DNA of 64,000 nt from NCBI GenBank assembly GCA_963824805.1, contig CAWGQZ010000067.1, forward strand, positions 7,739 through 71,738. The letters are read 5' to 3'. The DNA comes from an uncultured Acidobacteriaceae bacterium (GTDB taxonomy: Bacteria > Acidobacteriota > Terriglobia > Terriglobales > Acidobacteriaceae). Each line of letters opens with the position of its first letter. The first letter of the stretch is position 1. The notes beneath the pieces were generated by a model. That model saw only the letters and a program-made list of their open reading frames with translations. It did not search any database and had not been told where the DNA came from. A program made the position numbers and the translations under genes. Below are positions 19,237-28,644 of this stretch, one piece after another.

Positions 19237-19659
19237 TTGAAGGATTTTCGCGGCAAGTGGGTGGTGCTTTACTTCTATCCCAAAGACATGACAACGGGAT
19301 GCACCATAGAGGCCCACAATTTTCAGCGCGACCAGCCTGAGTACGCCAAAAAAAGTGCGGTGGTGCTGGGGGTGAGTGTCGACTCAGTCGACTCTCATAA
19401 ACAGTTCTGTACCAAGGAAGGCCTGAATTTCAAGCTTCTTTCTGACAGCACGCACGAGGTCGCCAAAGCGTACGGGTCAGTAATGAATTTCGGAGTAACC
19501 GAAGTAGCGGCCCGCAACACCTTCATCATCGATCCGCAAGGGAAGATCGTAAAGACCTACACCTCAGTAGATCCCAAAAAACACAGCGAAGAAGTTCTGG
19601 CGGCTTTGAACGATTTAGAGAACAGTGGCCAGCAGACGGATACTCCAGTCCAGCCATAG
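19237..19659 (+). CDS. bcp: peroxiredoxin, Bcp/AhpC-TSA family (N-terminal segment in another frame)
   Basis: [20 protein letters not shown] contains the peroxidatic Cys. The expected N-terminus ([14 protein letters not shown]) is encoded in a different frame at 19181-19222, implying a 1-nt indel near 19222-19236. Confidence 0.75.
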   Translation: [140 protein letters not shown]

Positions 19660-19780
19660 CGGACGTAGAGCGGACACTCTTGTCCGCCCGGGATCGGCAC
19701 CTCACCTCAAGACCGTACAAACCGATCGGGACGCCTGAGACTCTCCTGGCGGCCAGGCGGACAAGGGTCCGCCCACATTC

Positions 19781-20314
19781 TCATCGCCGACGCGAATCCA
19801 CCCGGGTCGTGGGTTTCTGCCCCTTGGGATAAACCACCACAAATCTGCGCGTACCTTCGCCTTCGCTTTCCGTGACTAGGTCTTCCTGTTCCCGCAACGC
19901 CAAATGCACAATGCGCCGCTCGCGCGAAGACATCGGCGCGAACTGATAAGAGACGCCCGAAGACCGAACTTTGTCGGCGGCTACTTTCGCCGCCATGCGC
20001 AACTCTTCCAGCCGAAGCGACCGCTGGTTGCGGCAGTCAAAACAAATCTTCTCGTGTTCATTGCCAGGCAGGCGCAACATTTCGAGTGCCAGCAACTCCA
20101 GCGAGCGAAGCAATTCGCCGCCACGCTCCAAAAGCAATCCGGAATCCGGCCCCGCGAAATCCACCAGGATCTCCGGGCGCTCCCAATCGCGCTCCTCCGG
20201 CAGCGGCGGATCGACGGTGATGCGGTACTTCAACCGCAAGCCGCCGTGGTTCACCACTCCGGTCAAAAACTCGTTGATCTTGTTTGCCGCAGCAACTTTA
20301 TCTGGAATCGCCAT
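19781..20314 (-). CDS. jag: Jag/KhpB-type KH + R3H RNA-binding protein
   Basis: It has the R3H motif region SSRERRIVHLALREQEDLVTESEGEG. Its position directly downstream of yidC is the conserved arrangement. Confidence 0.85.
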   Translation of the reverse strand: MAIPDKVAAANKINEFLTGVVNHGGLRLKYRITVDPPLPEERDWERPEILVDFAGPDSGLLLERGGELLRSLELLALEMLRLPGNEHEKICFDCRNQRSLRLEELRMAAKVAADKVRSSGVSYQFAPMSSRERRIVHLALREQEDLVTESEGEGTRRFVVVYPKGQKPTTRVDSRRR

Positions 20315-20362
20315 AGACGTCCTCGACTGTCAGCCCTCGGCTACGAACGAAAGGCTCTGAAC

Positions 20363-22129
20363 TTACTTCTCTTTCTTCCTCGCCCGCTTGGCCGCAATCT
20401 CGCGCATCTCGCGCCCCAGGCTGGTCCGGTTCATGATGGACTGCTGCACAATTCCAATCAGATTGCCTTCGGACCAATACAGGCCCAGCCCCGAAGGAAG
20501 ATTAAAGCTCATAATCCCCAGCATCATCGGCATCATCAGCGTCATCATCTTCTGTTGTGCCGGATCCATGCCGGTCTGCGGCGTCATCCGCTGCATGATG
20601 AACATGCTGACCACAATACCAATCGGAATCAGATAATACGGGTCCGGCGACGACAAATCGCTGATCCACAGCCAGCTTGCGTGCCTCAGATCGAGCGCCG
20701 AACCCAGCATTCCGTAGTACGCAAACAGAAACGGCAATTGGATAAGCATGGGTAGGCACCCGCCCAGAGGGCTTACGCCCGCCTGGCGCTGCAGATCCAT
20801 GATTTCCTTGTTCATCTCCTGCTTTCGTGGGTCGCGCATGCTGTACTTCTTATATTTTTCTTGGATCGCCTTGATCTGGGGTTGGATGCGTTGCATCTTC
20901 AGCATCGATTTCATGCTGGTAATGCGCAGGGGCAGCAGGACCAGATTGATGATCAGCGTCTGCAGGACAATCGCCCAGCCCCAGTTGCGGATGATGTGCT
21001 CGTGCGTCCACTTTAGCCACAGGAACAACGGCCGCGCAATCACCGAGAAGAACCCAAAGTTAACCAGGCTGCGCAAGTCCTGCGCCGCCCCGGTCACCGT
21101 GGGGACTGGAACTGACTCCAAGACTTGTAGCGACTTCGGCCCCACGTAGAGGCGTTCAATCGTCGGCCCCTTCAAATTGCCGACTGCCGCTCCCAATACA
21201 TCGACCCTGGTGGTTTCCTGCGGGTTCGGCTTCTTAGGATCCTTGGGTATATCCAGAGGATTCCGTAGCGTAACCAGGGTGGAGCCCGCGGGGTCATCCG
21301 GAATGAACACCGCAGAAAAATATTGATCGGCCACGGCAGCCCAGTTGAATGGACCAGCCACCGTCCCTCCGCCACTGATTTTCTTGATTGCCAGGCGTTC
21401 GGTGTCGCCATTGTTCTGATGTTCGATCTGGCTTGAGCTATAAGAAGCCGCGCTAAGCTGGTCGCCGATTCCGGCCGGCCACATCGGAAGGGCGCTGACT
21501 ACGGTTCCCTTCTGGATCACCGAACTTTCCAGACTCAACACGTAAGACTTATCGAAGTGGAATGTTTTACGGATGGAAACATCCTGGTCGGAATACTCAA
21601 ATGTCAGATCGGTAGGCGCGGTTTGATTTCCAGTCTTTGAAGGTTCGTAGAGTACCGTATTGATCTTGTTACGCAGCCCCTCGTCCCAAGCCCACAGCGA
21701 GAGCGGATAGCCGTACTTTGCCGCCGCCGCGGTGTTAACCAAATCGAGCTTCTGGCCGTGATTATCGGTGTAATCCTTCAGGACCCAAGACTTCACCCGT
21801 CCGCCCTGGTTGGTGAAGGTGATCTTGTAAACATCGTTTTCTACGACTGTCTCTTGTTCCGAAGCCGCTTGCTTGATGGAACCAGCCGCCCGCAGAGCTG
21901 CTTCCGTCCTAACCACTGACGGCGCTGCAGCCGCAGTCTGTGGGACCGGGGCTGCCGGAGGATTCTCCGGCTTCAACGGGGCCGGGGCGGTGGAGGGTGT
22001 CTGGGTTTGCGGAAAATACTTCTTGATCAGCGGCTGGGAAAGGATAATGACGAGAAAGGTCAGAGCGAAGACGATCAGCAGTCGCCGCTCCATGCCGGGT
22101 TCTTGTTGGGGATTAGGAAATTCTGGCAA
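20363..22129 (-). CDS. yidC: membrane protein insertase YidC
   Basis: 588 aa with a large periplasmic domain and the conserved C-terminal core (MQRIQPQIKAIQEKYK..., GCLPMLIQLPFLFAYY, PSGLGLYW). It shows synteny with yidD-rnpA-rpmH. Confidence 0.95.
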   Translation of the reverse strand: MPEFPNPQQEPGMERRLLIVFALTFLVIILSQPLIKKYFPQTQTPSTAPAPLKPENPPAAPVPQTAAAAPSVVRTEAALRAAGSIKQAASEQETVVENDVYKITFTNQGGRVKSWVLKDYTDNHGQKLDLVNTAAAAKYGYPLSLWAWDEGLRNKINTVLYEPSKTGNQTAPTDLTFEYSDQDVSIRKTFHFDKSYVLSLESSVIQKGTVVSALPMWPAGIGDQLSAASYSSSQIEHQNNGDTERLAIKKISGGGTVAGPFNWAAVADQYFSAVFIPDDPAGSTLVTLRNPLDIPKDPKKPNPQETTRVDVLGAAVGNLKGPTIERLYVGPKSLQVLESVPVPTVTGAAQDLRSLVNFGFFSVIARPLFLWLKWTHEHIIRNWGWAIVLQTLIINLVLLPLRITSMKSMLKMQRIQPQIKAIQEKYKKYSMRDPRKQEMNKEIMDLQRQAGVSPLGGCLPMLIQLPFLFAYYGMLGSALDLRHASWLWISDLSSPDPYYLIPIGIVVSMFIMQRMTPQTGMDPAQQKMMTLMMPMMLGIMSFNLPSGLGLYWSEGNLIGIVQQSIMNRTSLGREMREIAAKRARKKEK

Positions 22130-22412
22130 GTTGTCTACTCAATGACTGCAAAGCCCAATGTCTTGATCGATGCGGTTGCGCCGGGACTGCTTTCACCACA
22201 GGATCGAGGCCGCCCTTCACGAACGGATGGCAGCGCAGTAATCTCCATCCGGCCATCCACCCTCCGCGCAGCACGCCATAACGTTCCACTGCTTCCATCG
22301 CATACTCAGAACAAGTCGGCACATAGCGGCACGACATGGGCAAAAGCGGCGAAATCGCCCACTTATACCCTCGCAGGATGGAAAGCATCGCAACTTTGCT
22401 GATTTCACCCAT
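22113..22412 (-). CDS. yidD: membrane protein insertion efficiency factor YidD
   Basis: YKWAISPLLPMSCRYVPTCSEYAMEAVERYG...RLLRCHPF is the YidD signature. The start may be the internal ATG at 22388. Confidence 0.85.
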   Translation of the reverse strand: MGEISKVAMLSILRGYKWAISPLLPMSCRYVPTCSEYAMEAVERYGVLRGGWMAGWRLLRCHPFVKGGLDPVVKAVPAQPHRSRHWALQSLSRQLARIS

Positions 22413-22417
22413 GAACT

Positions 22418-22876
22418 CTAGAGTCGCTTTCCGTTAGTGCCGCCATCCCCAAGCTTCTCAGTGATGGTTCGAAACGCTTTCGCGATTTCCTCGCGCAAAA
22501 TTGGAAATTCCGCCTTTAACAAGGACTTCTTCGGATTGATCACCACGTCAACCGGGACACCGATCGCCACGCCGTGCAACCGGACCGCTTCCCGCAGCCG
22601 GCGCTTCATCCGATTCCGCTCAACCGCTCCGCCCAGGGCGCGGCTTACGGTAAACCCTATCCGGACGCTGTCGCTTTCCGCCCGCCGCAAGTAGAACACG
22701 GTCATATGCGAAGCGAAGTGGCGGCGACCCAGCTTATAGACACTTTGAAAGTCAGAATGCCGCAAGAGCCGCGCGCTGCGCGGGAACCCGGAATCCTGGC
22801 TGCGACTGGACACATCCCCACTCCCGCCAGGAGCGTTAGCGCCCACCACTTGCAATCCAAGTCTGAATGCGGACAC
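22418..22876 (-). CDS. rnpA: ribonuclease P protein component
   Basis: RLLRHSDFQSVY...RIGFTVSRALGGAVERNRMKRRLRE is the RnpA signature. The GTG start lies 20 nt after rpmH, and the N-terminal extent is uncertain. Confidence 0.85.
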   Translation of the reverse strand: MSAFRLGLQVVGANAPGGSGDVSSRSQDSGFPRSARLLRHSDFQSVYKLGRRHFASHMTVFYLRRAESDSVRIGFTVSRALGGAVERNRMKRRLREAVRLHGVAIGVPVDVVINPKKSLLKAEFPILREEIAKAFRTITEKLGDGGTNGKRL

Positions 22877-22896
22877 CTGTCCGGGAAAAGGGCCTT

Positions 22897-23052
22897 CTAT
22901 TCACGGAATCCGGGCTTTACTGCCACCCGTTTACGGCCCTTGGCGCGCCGGCGCGAGATTACGGCACGGCCGCTCTTGGTTTTCATCCGAGTGCGGAATC
23001 CGTGGGTCTTAGACCGGTGGCGCCGGTTGGGCTGGAAAGTGCGCTTGGGCAT
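22897..23052 (-). CDS. rpmH: 50S ribosomal protein L34
   Basis: Not in the ORF track (51 aa). My reverse translation gives [51 protein letters not shown], the canonical L34 sequence. Confidence 0.92.
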   Translation of the reverse strand: MPKRTFQPNRRHRSKTHGFRTRMKTKSGRAVISRRRAKGRKRVAVKPGFRE

Positions 23053-23559
23053 GAACTGTGGGTGCTCCTGATTCCTTCAAATGTCTGGAATGCGAAAGAA
23101 AAGTATAAATGACCAGCGCCAGACGGGCAAACGCCCGGTTTCCATTTGTCGGTCTTCTTCACCATTCCCTTGCAGGAAAATCGTCGCGCGATTTATAGCG
23201 CATTCGCATCGAATTTTTTTCTCAAGCAAACCATTTCGGACCAGTGCGTCAACTTTTTGCCGGACTTCAGGCTACCCCCGCGAGTCGCGCGTCATCGCAA
23301 GAACTGCACAAGTCGCGCGGCAGTTATAAAGTGAACACTTGACAGAAAATTGTTTCGAGTTCTGAATCGTATGGGCGAGAAAAAATCTTCGCGGAAGATT
23401 TTCTTAAAGCGAAAAAATTTTGTGCTAGTATGCGGGACTGGTTGAGTTCTCTGAAGTCATCCGTCCCCTAGGAATACTGCTCGGTAGCTTGCGGATTTTT
23501 TCTCTCACATGATAATGAGTTGCACCAGCCGTTAGTCGGCTTACTTGAAGATTTCTCTT

Positions 23560-24939
<1,380 letters not shown>

Positions 24940-24957
24940 TTTGCGGTTGCCGCTTCG

Positions 24958-25215
24958 TTTTCCACGAACCACCCCAGAATTCCTTTGACCCACCTGTGGA
25001 GTGGATGTGGAAACTGTGAAAGGCAAGGTAGGTTCTCCTGAAGCTCGCGGAACATAGTCGGTCCTCCGAAACCCGCCGGACCGATTTTTGACATTAGGGG
25101 TAGACATGGAAGTGGATGACAGTGGCCCAGTTGGAACGATTTTCCACTTTTCCCTATCGCCTACTGTTACTACTGGTTTTATAGCTTTTGCATTTGATAT
25201 AAGGAAGTAATCAAA
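24958..25215. other. putative oriC: DnaA-box-like cluster plus AT-rich tract in the dnaA-dnaN spacer
   Basis: 9-mers with a TCCAC/GTGGA core: TTTTCCACG 24958-24966, TGTGGAGTG 24995-25003, GTGGATGTG 25001-25009, TGTGGAAAC 25006-25014, AGTGGATGA 25111-25119, TTTTCCACT 25140-25148. Each has 2-4 mismatches to TTATCCACA. They are followed by the AT-rich tract TTTTATAGCTTTTGCATTTGATATAAGGAAGTAATCAAAG at about 25168-25213. Confidence 0.4.
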
Positions 25216-25278
25216 GTAGCCAGGGGAATGGCGTTTATGCCGGTTGAAGCAATCGCCTCTGCAGCGGGAACCTCCACC

Positions 25279-26394
25279 ATGGAAATCACGGTCAGCAAGT
25301 TCGAACTCCTGCGCGAACTCACCGCGACGCAAGGGGTCGTCGAACGCAAGACCACGATCCCCATTCTTTCCAATTACCTGTTCGAAGCTGCCGGCGACAA
25401 GCTATCACTGACCGCCACTGACCTTGATCTCAGCTTGCGCACCTCCTGCAACGCCAAGGTCAAAAAGGAAGGTGCATGCACCATCCCCGCGCGCAAGTTG
25501 CATGACTACGTAAAGCTCCTGCCGGACGCTGAAATCACCATCAAGTTACTGGACAACCATTGGGTCAGCATTCGTTGCGGCCGCTCCAACACCAAAATGG
25601 TTGGAATGGCGAAAGCCAATTTTCCTACCCTTCCCATATTTCCCAATGCCGGTGTAGTGAAGATTCCTGCCCAGGTTTTGCGGGGCATGATCGCCAAGAC
25701 CGGATTCGCCATCGCCAGCGAGGAATCGCGCTACACGCTTAATGGCGGATTGATGGTGCTCAAACCCGAATCCATCACCATGGTGGCCACGGATGGGCAT
25801 CGGTTGGCTCATGTGGAGCGGTCTGGCGAGAAGTTCGATGGCGTTTCTGGCGAAATGAAGACACTCATCCCCAAAAAGGCGATGGACGAACTCAAGTCGT
25901 TGCTGGATTCCACCGATGTCGAAACCATCGATTTCGCAAAAGACGAGTCGACGCTCTATTTCCGCATTGGGCAGCGCTTGCTGACTTCGCGCCAACTCAC
26001 CGGACAATTCCCCAACTTTGAAGCCGTCCTTCCCAAAGACAACAGCAAGAGCATCAACCTTCACGGGGACGAACTGGCAGCCGCTATCTCCCGTGTGGCG
26101 CAGTTCGCGGATGAGCGTTCGCGCGCGGTCCGGATTCGCCTGGAAAAGGGAGAGCTAAAGCTTTCGGCATCTTCCACCGAAACCGGCGAGTCCGAAGATT
26201 CTCTCGAGACCGATTACAACGGCGAAGCGCTGACCATCGGCTTCAACGCGCAATACATCATCGACTTCCTCAAAGCCGCCGGCCACGGCGACGTAAAACT
26301 GGAATTGAAAGATCCCCAGTCTGCCGGCCAACTCCGTCCCGCTGAGAGCGAGGATTACAAGTACCGCTACATCGTCATGCCCATGAGAATCTGA
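25279..26394 (+). CDS. dnaN: DNA polymerase III beta sliding clamp
   Basis: MEITVSKFELLRELTATQGVVERKTTIPILSN... is the typical DnaN N-terminus, and the product is 371 aa from ATG 25279. The gene shows synteny after dnaA. Confidence 0.95.
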   Translation: MEITVSKFELLRELTATQGVVERKTTIPILSNYLFEAAGDKLSLTATDLDLSLRTSCNAKVKKEGACTIPARKLHDYVKLLPDAEITIKLLDNHWVSIRCGRSNTKMVGMAKANFPTLPIFPNAGVVKIPAQVLRGMIAKTGFAIASEESRYTLNGGLMVLKPESITMVATDGHRLAHVERSGEKFDGVSGEMKTLIPKKAMDELKSLLDSTDVETIDFAKDESTLYFRIGQRLLTSRQLTGQFPNFEAVLPKDNSKSINLHGDELAAAISRVAQFADERSRAVRIRLEKGELKLSASSTETGESEDSLETDYNGEALTIGFNAQYIIDFLKAAGHGDVKLELKDPQSAGQLRPAESEDYKYRYIVMPMRI

Positions 26395-26675
26395 GGAGTG
26401 CGTTCTCTTCTGGCTCTTGCTCTCCTTGCAACAAGGGCAAAGCACTTCTCCGTATGGTTATCCGCGTGAGGGTAACTTCTATACCCACCTTTTTTCCGAT
26501 TTCACCCCAATCATAGGTTGTGCACTTGGTTTTATCCCCATGGCGCGGGACGAGCAAGCACGAGGAATCATGCTTCAGACGTTGGAGAAGGTAAAGTTCT
26601 TTTGAAAGGTGTCTTCTTGCCGCGGCAACACCCTGGGAATGTATAATCGCCCGGCCCGCTAAACGAGGTTCCCCC

Positions 26676-27080
26676 ATGCTCAAAGGTTTCAAGCAGTTCA
26701 TCCTGCGCGGCAACGTAATCGACATGGCGGTTGGCGTCGTTATCGGCGCAGCTTTCGCCACCGTCGTCGGCGCCTTCACCAAAGATCTTCTGACTCCGTT
26801 TATTGCTGTGCTCGTCGGCCAGCCCGATTTCTCCTACGTCGGCTTCACCATCGGCAACACCAAGTTCCCCGTCGGCGACTTCATCAACGCCCTGGTGGCA
26901 TTCCTCCTGGTTGCTGCGGCCGTCTACTTCTTCGTGGTGACACCGGTGAATGCGCTGGTCGCCCGCATGCGGAAAGCTCCCGAGTCAGCCGACCCGACCA
27001 GCAAGAAATGTCCCGAATGCCTCAGCGAAATCCCAATTCAGGCCAAACGCTGCGCCCAATGCGGACAGCCGGTGGCCTGA
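26676..27080 (+). CDS. mscL: large-conductance mechanosensitive channel MscL with C-terminal CxxC...CxxC extension
   Basis: FKQFILRGNVIDMAVGVVIGAAF is the MscL signature. The C-terminal tail is KKCPECLSEIPIQAKRCAQCGQPV. Confidence 0.9.
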   Translation: MLKGFKQFILRGNVIDMAVGVVIGAAFATVVGAFTKDLLTPFIAVLVGQPDFSYVGFTIGNTKFPVGDFINALVAFLLVAAAVYFFVVTPVNALVARMRKAPESADPTSKKCPECLSEIPIQAKRCAQCGQPVA

Positions 27081-27170
27081 AAACTGGCGAAGGTACATGG
27101 CCCTCTTCGTGGCGTGAGTTGTCCTTATTAGGCGCGACCTCCGCGCTTTCGTCGGCGACAATAACGCCAC

Positions 27171-28480
27171 ATGAAAAAGTCCTTGGGATTTGCCTGCCTT
27201 CTAGTCATCGCCATCGTTCTTTCCTCCTGCGGTGGTGGCGGGACTAGTACGACATCGCAATCGCCCGGCGGCGGCTCGGGCGGAACGGGCGATCCCGGAG
27301 GTGGGACAGGCGGAACCGGAGGGACCGGAACAGGCACTGGAACTCCCGGGCAAAGCAGTGACTGCAGTGCTATGAGCGTTGGCCTAGGAGGAAGCCTGGA
27401 GGTTTCCGTCCCTACCCTAACGACAATGCATGGAACCTCGACGTCTCGAGCGTCGCCGTCGACTCAAACTCCGCAACTATCATCAACAATTTCGTAGGCT
27501 CCAGCGCGGGACTTCACGCCGACTTCGGCTCCGGCCAATATCAAGGATCGAACATCGGCATACCCTACACCGTAGTCGACGGGAACCAGGCGCTGGCTGA
27601 CATCCATTTCACCGCCTACGGAGACGAGAGCGATCCCGGCCCCATGCCCGTCCCGCCGAACGCTGCGATCGAAGGCGATCCCAACCCCGGCAGCGGCGAC
27701 CGCCACGTGCTGGTGCTCGATAAAGACAATTGCTTCTTATACGAACTCTACAGCTCGTATCCCGGTAGTAATGGCACCTGGAACGCGGCCTCCGCCGCGG
27801 TCTGGGACCTGCTGGCCACCGGGCAGCGCCCTTGGGGATGGACCTCGGCTGACGCCGCGGGCTTACCAATCTTTCCCGGTTTGGCCCGCTACGATGAAGT
27901 GGCTGCCGGAGAAATCAAGCACGCCCTACGCTTTACCTTGCCGCGGACGAGCGCGTCGATCGTCCCCCCGGCAACCCACTTTGCCGGAAGCACAAACGGT
28001 GCGCCACCCATGGGTATGCGCCTGCGCCTGAAATCCAGCTTCGACATCTCTTCCTATCCCGCGAGCGTCAAGGTGATTCTCACCGCCATGAAGAAGTATG
28101 GATTGATTCTCGCCGACAACGGCAGCTCCATGTACATCAGCGGAGCGCCCGACAGCCGCTGGAGTAATGACGACCTGCATACGCTGTCGCAGGTCACCGG
28201 TTCAGACTTCGAGGTTCTGCAGTTGGGGACTGTCTATACCCAAGGTAGTATCCCAACCGGCGCCGCGCCGGTCATTACTAGTTTCACGCAGACTCCATCT
28301 TCGGGAGGAAACGTGACCCTTTCGTGGACTGCGACCAACGCCTCCTACTTCGTTGTTTCTCCGGGAGTTGGCGCCATCCGTGGCAACAGCGCCGCGGTGA
28401 CGGCCGCTCATGGAACTACTTACACGCTCTATGCAACCAATGCGTATGGACGTGACACAGCTACGGTCACGGTGCCCTGA
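27171..28480 (+). pseudogene. lipoprotein of a conserved uncharacterised family, interrupted by a 1-nt frameshift
   Basis: It has a lipobox (LSSCGG) and a Gly-rich linker in ORF 27171..27497. The frame of ORF 27644..28480 is open back to about 27362 and there reads GGFRPYPNDNAWNLDVSS...GSNIGIPYTVVDG...YGDESDPGPMPVPPNAAIEG. Adding one G at GGAGG (27398-27402) joins both parts. The C-terminus is an Ig-like beta domain. Confidence 0.6.
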
Positions 28481-28644
28481 GAGCTAACTTCGGGGAGCTG
28501 AAAACTGCGTTACCAAATGCTGCGTTTTGTGGTTACGAAAGTTTGTTAGATTCCCTGCAACTCATTGTTTCAATGGCGGTTAGCTGTTCCAATGTCTGCG
28601 AGGCCGTCCCGGCCGAATCAGTTTAGGAGTCGCAAAAAGAATTC

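Noticed and set aside
23053-23559. The rpmH-dnaA spacer as the oriC location.
   Set aside because: It is AT-richer in patches and holds promoter-like elements (TTGACA at 23359; an extended -10 TGcTAGTAT at 23423-23431). I could find no convincing TCCAC-core DnaA-box cluster there, so the dnaA-dnaN spacer scores better by eye. It is not excluded.
26532-26647. A DnaA-box-like TTATCCCCA (26532-26540), TTATCCGCG (about 26457), and a TTGCCG-N19-TATAAT element upstream of mscL.
   Set aside because: These are isolated boxes with no cluster, and the promoter spacer of 19 nt is long. It is plausible as the mscL promoter but not strong enough to list.
27230-27345. GGNACNGGA-type repetitive DNA resembling a microsatellite or tandem repeat.
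   Set aside because: It is in frame and encodes a Gly/Thr-rich lipoprotein linker. The units are irregular, so this is low-complexity coding sequence rather than a discrete repeat element.
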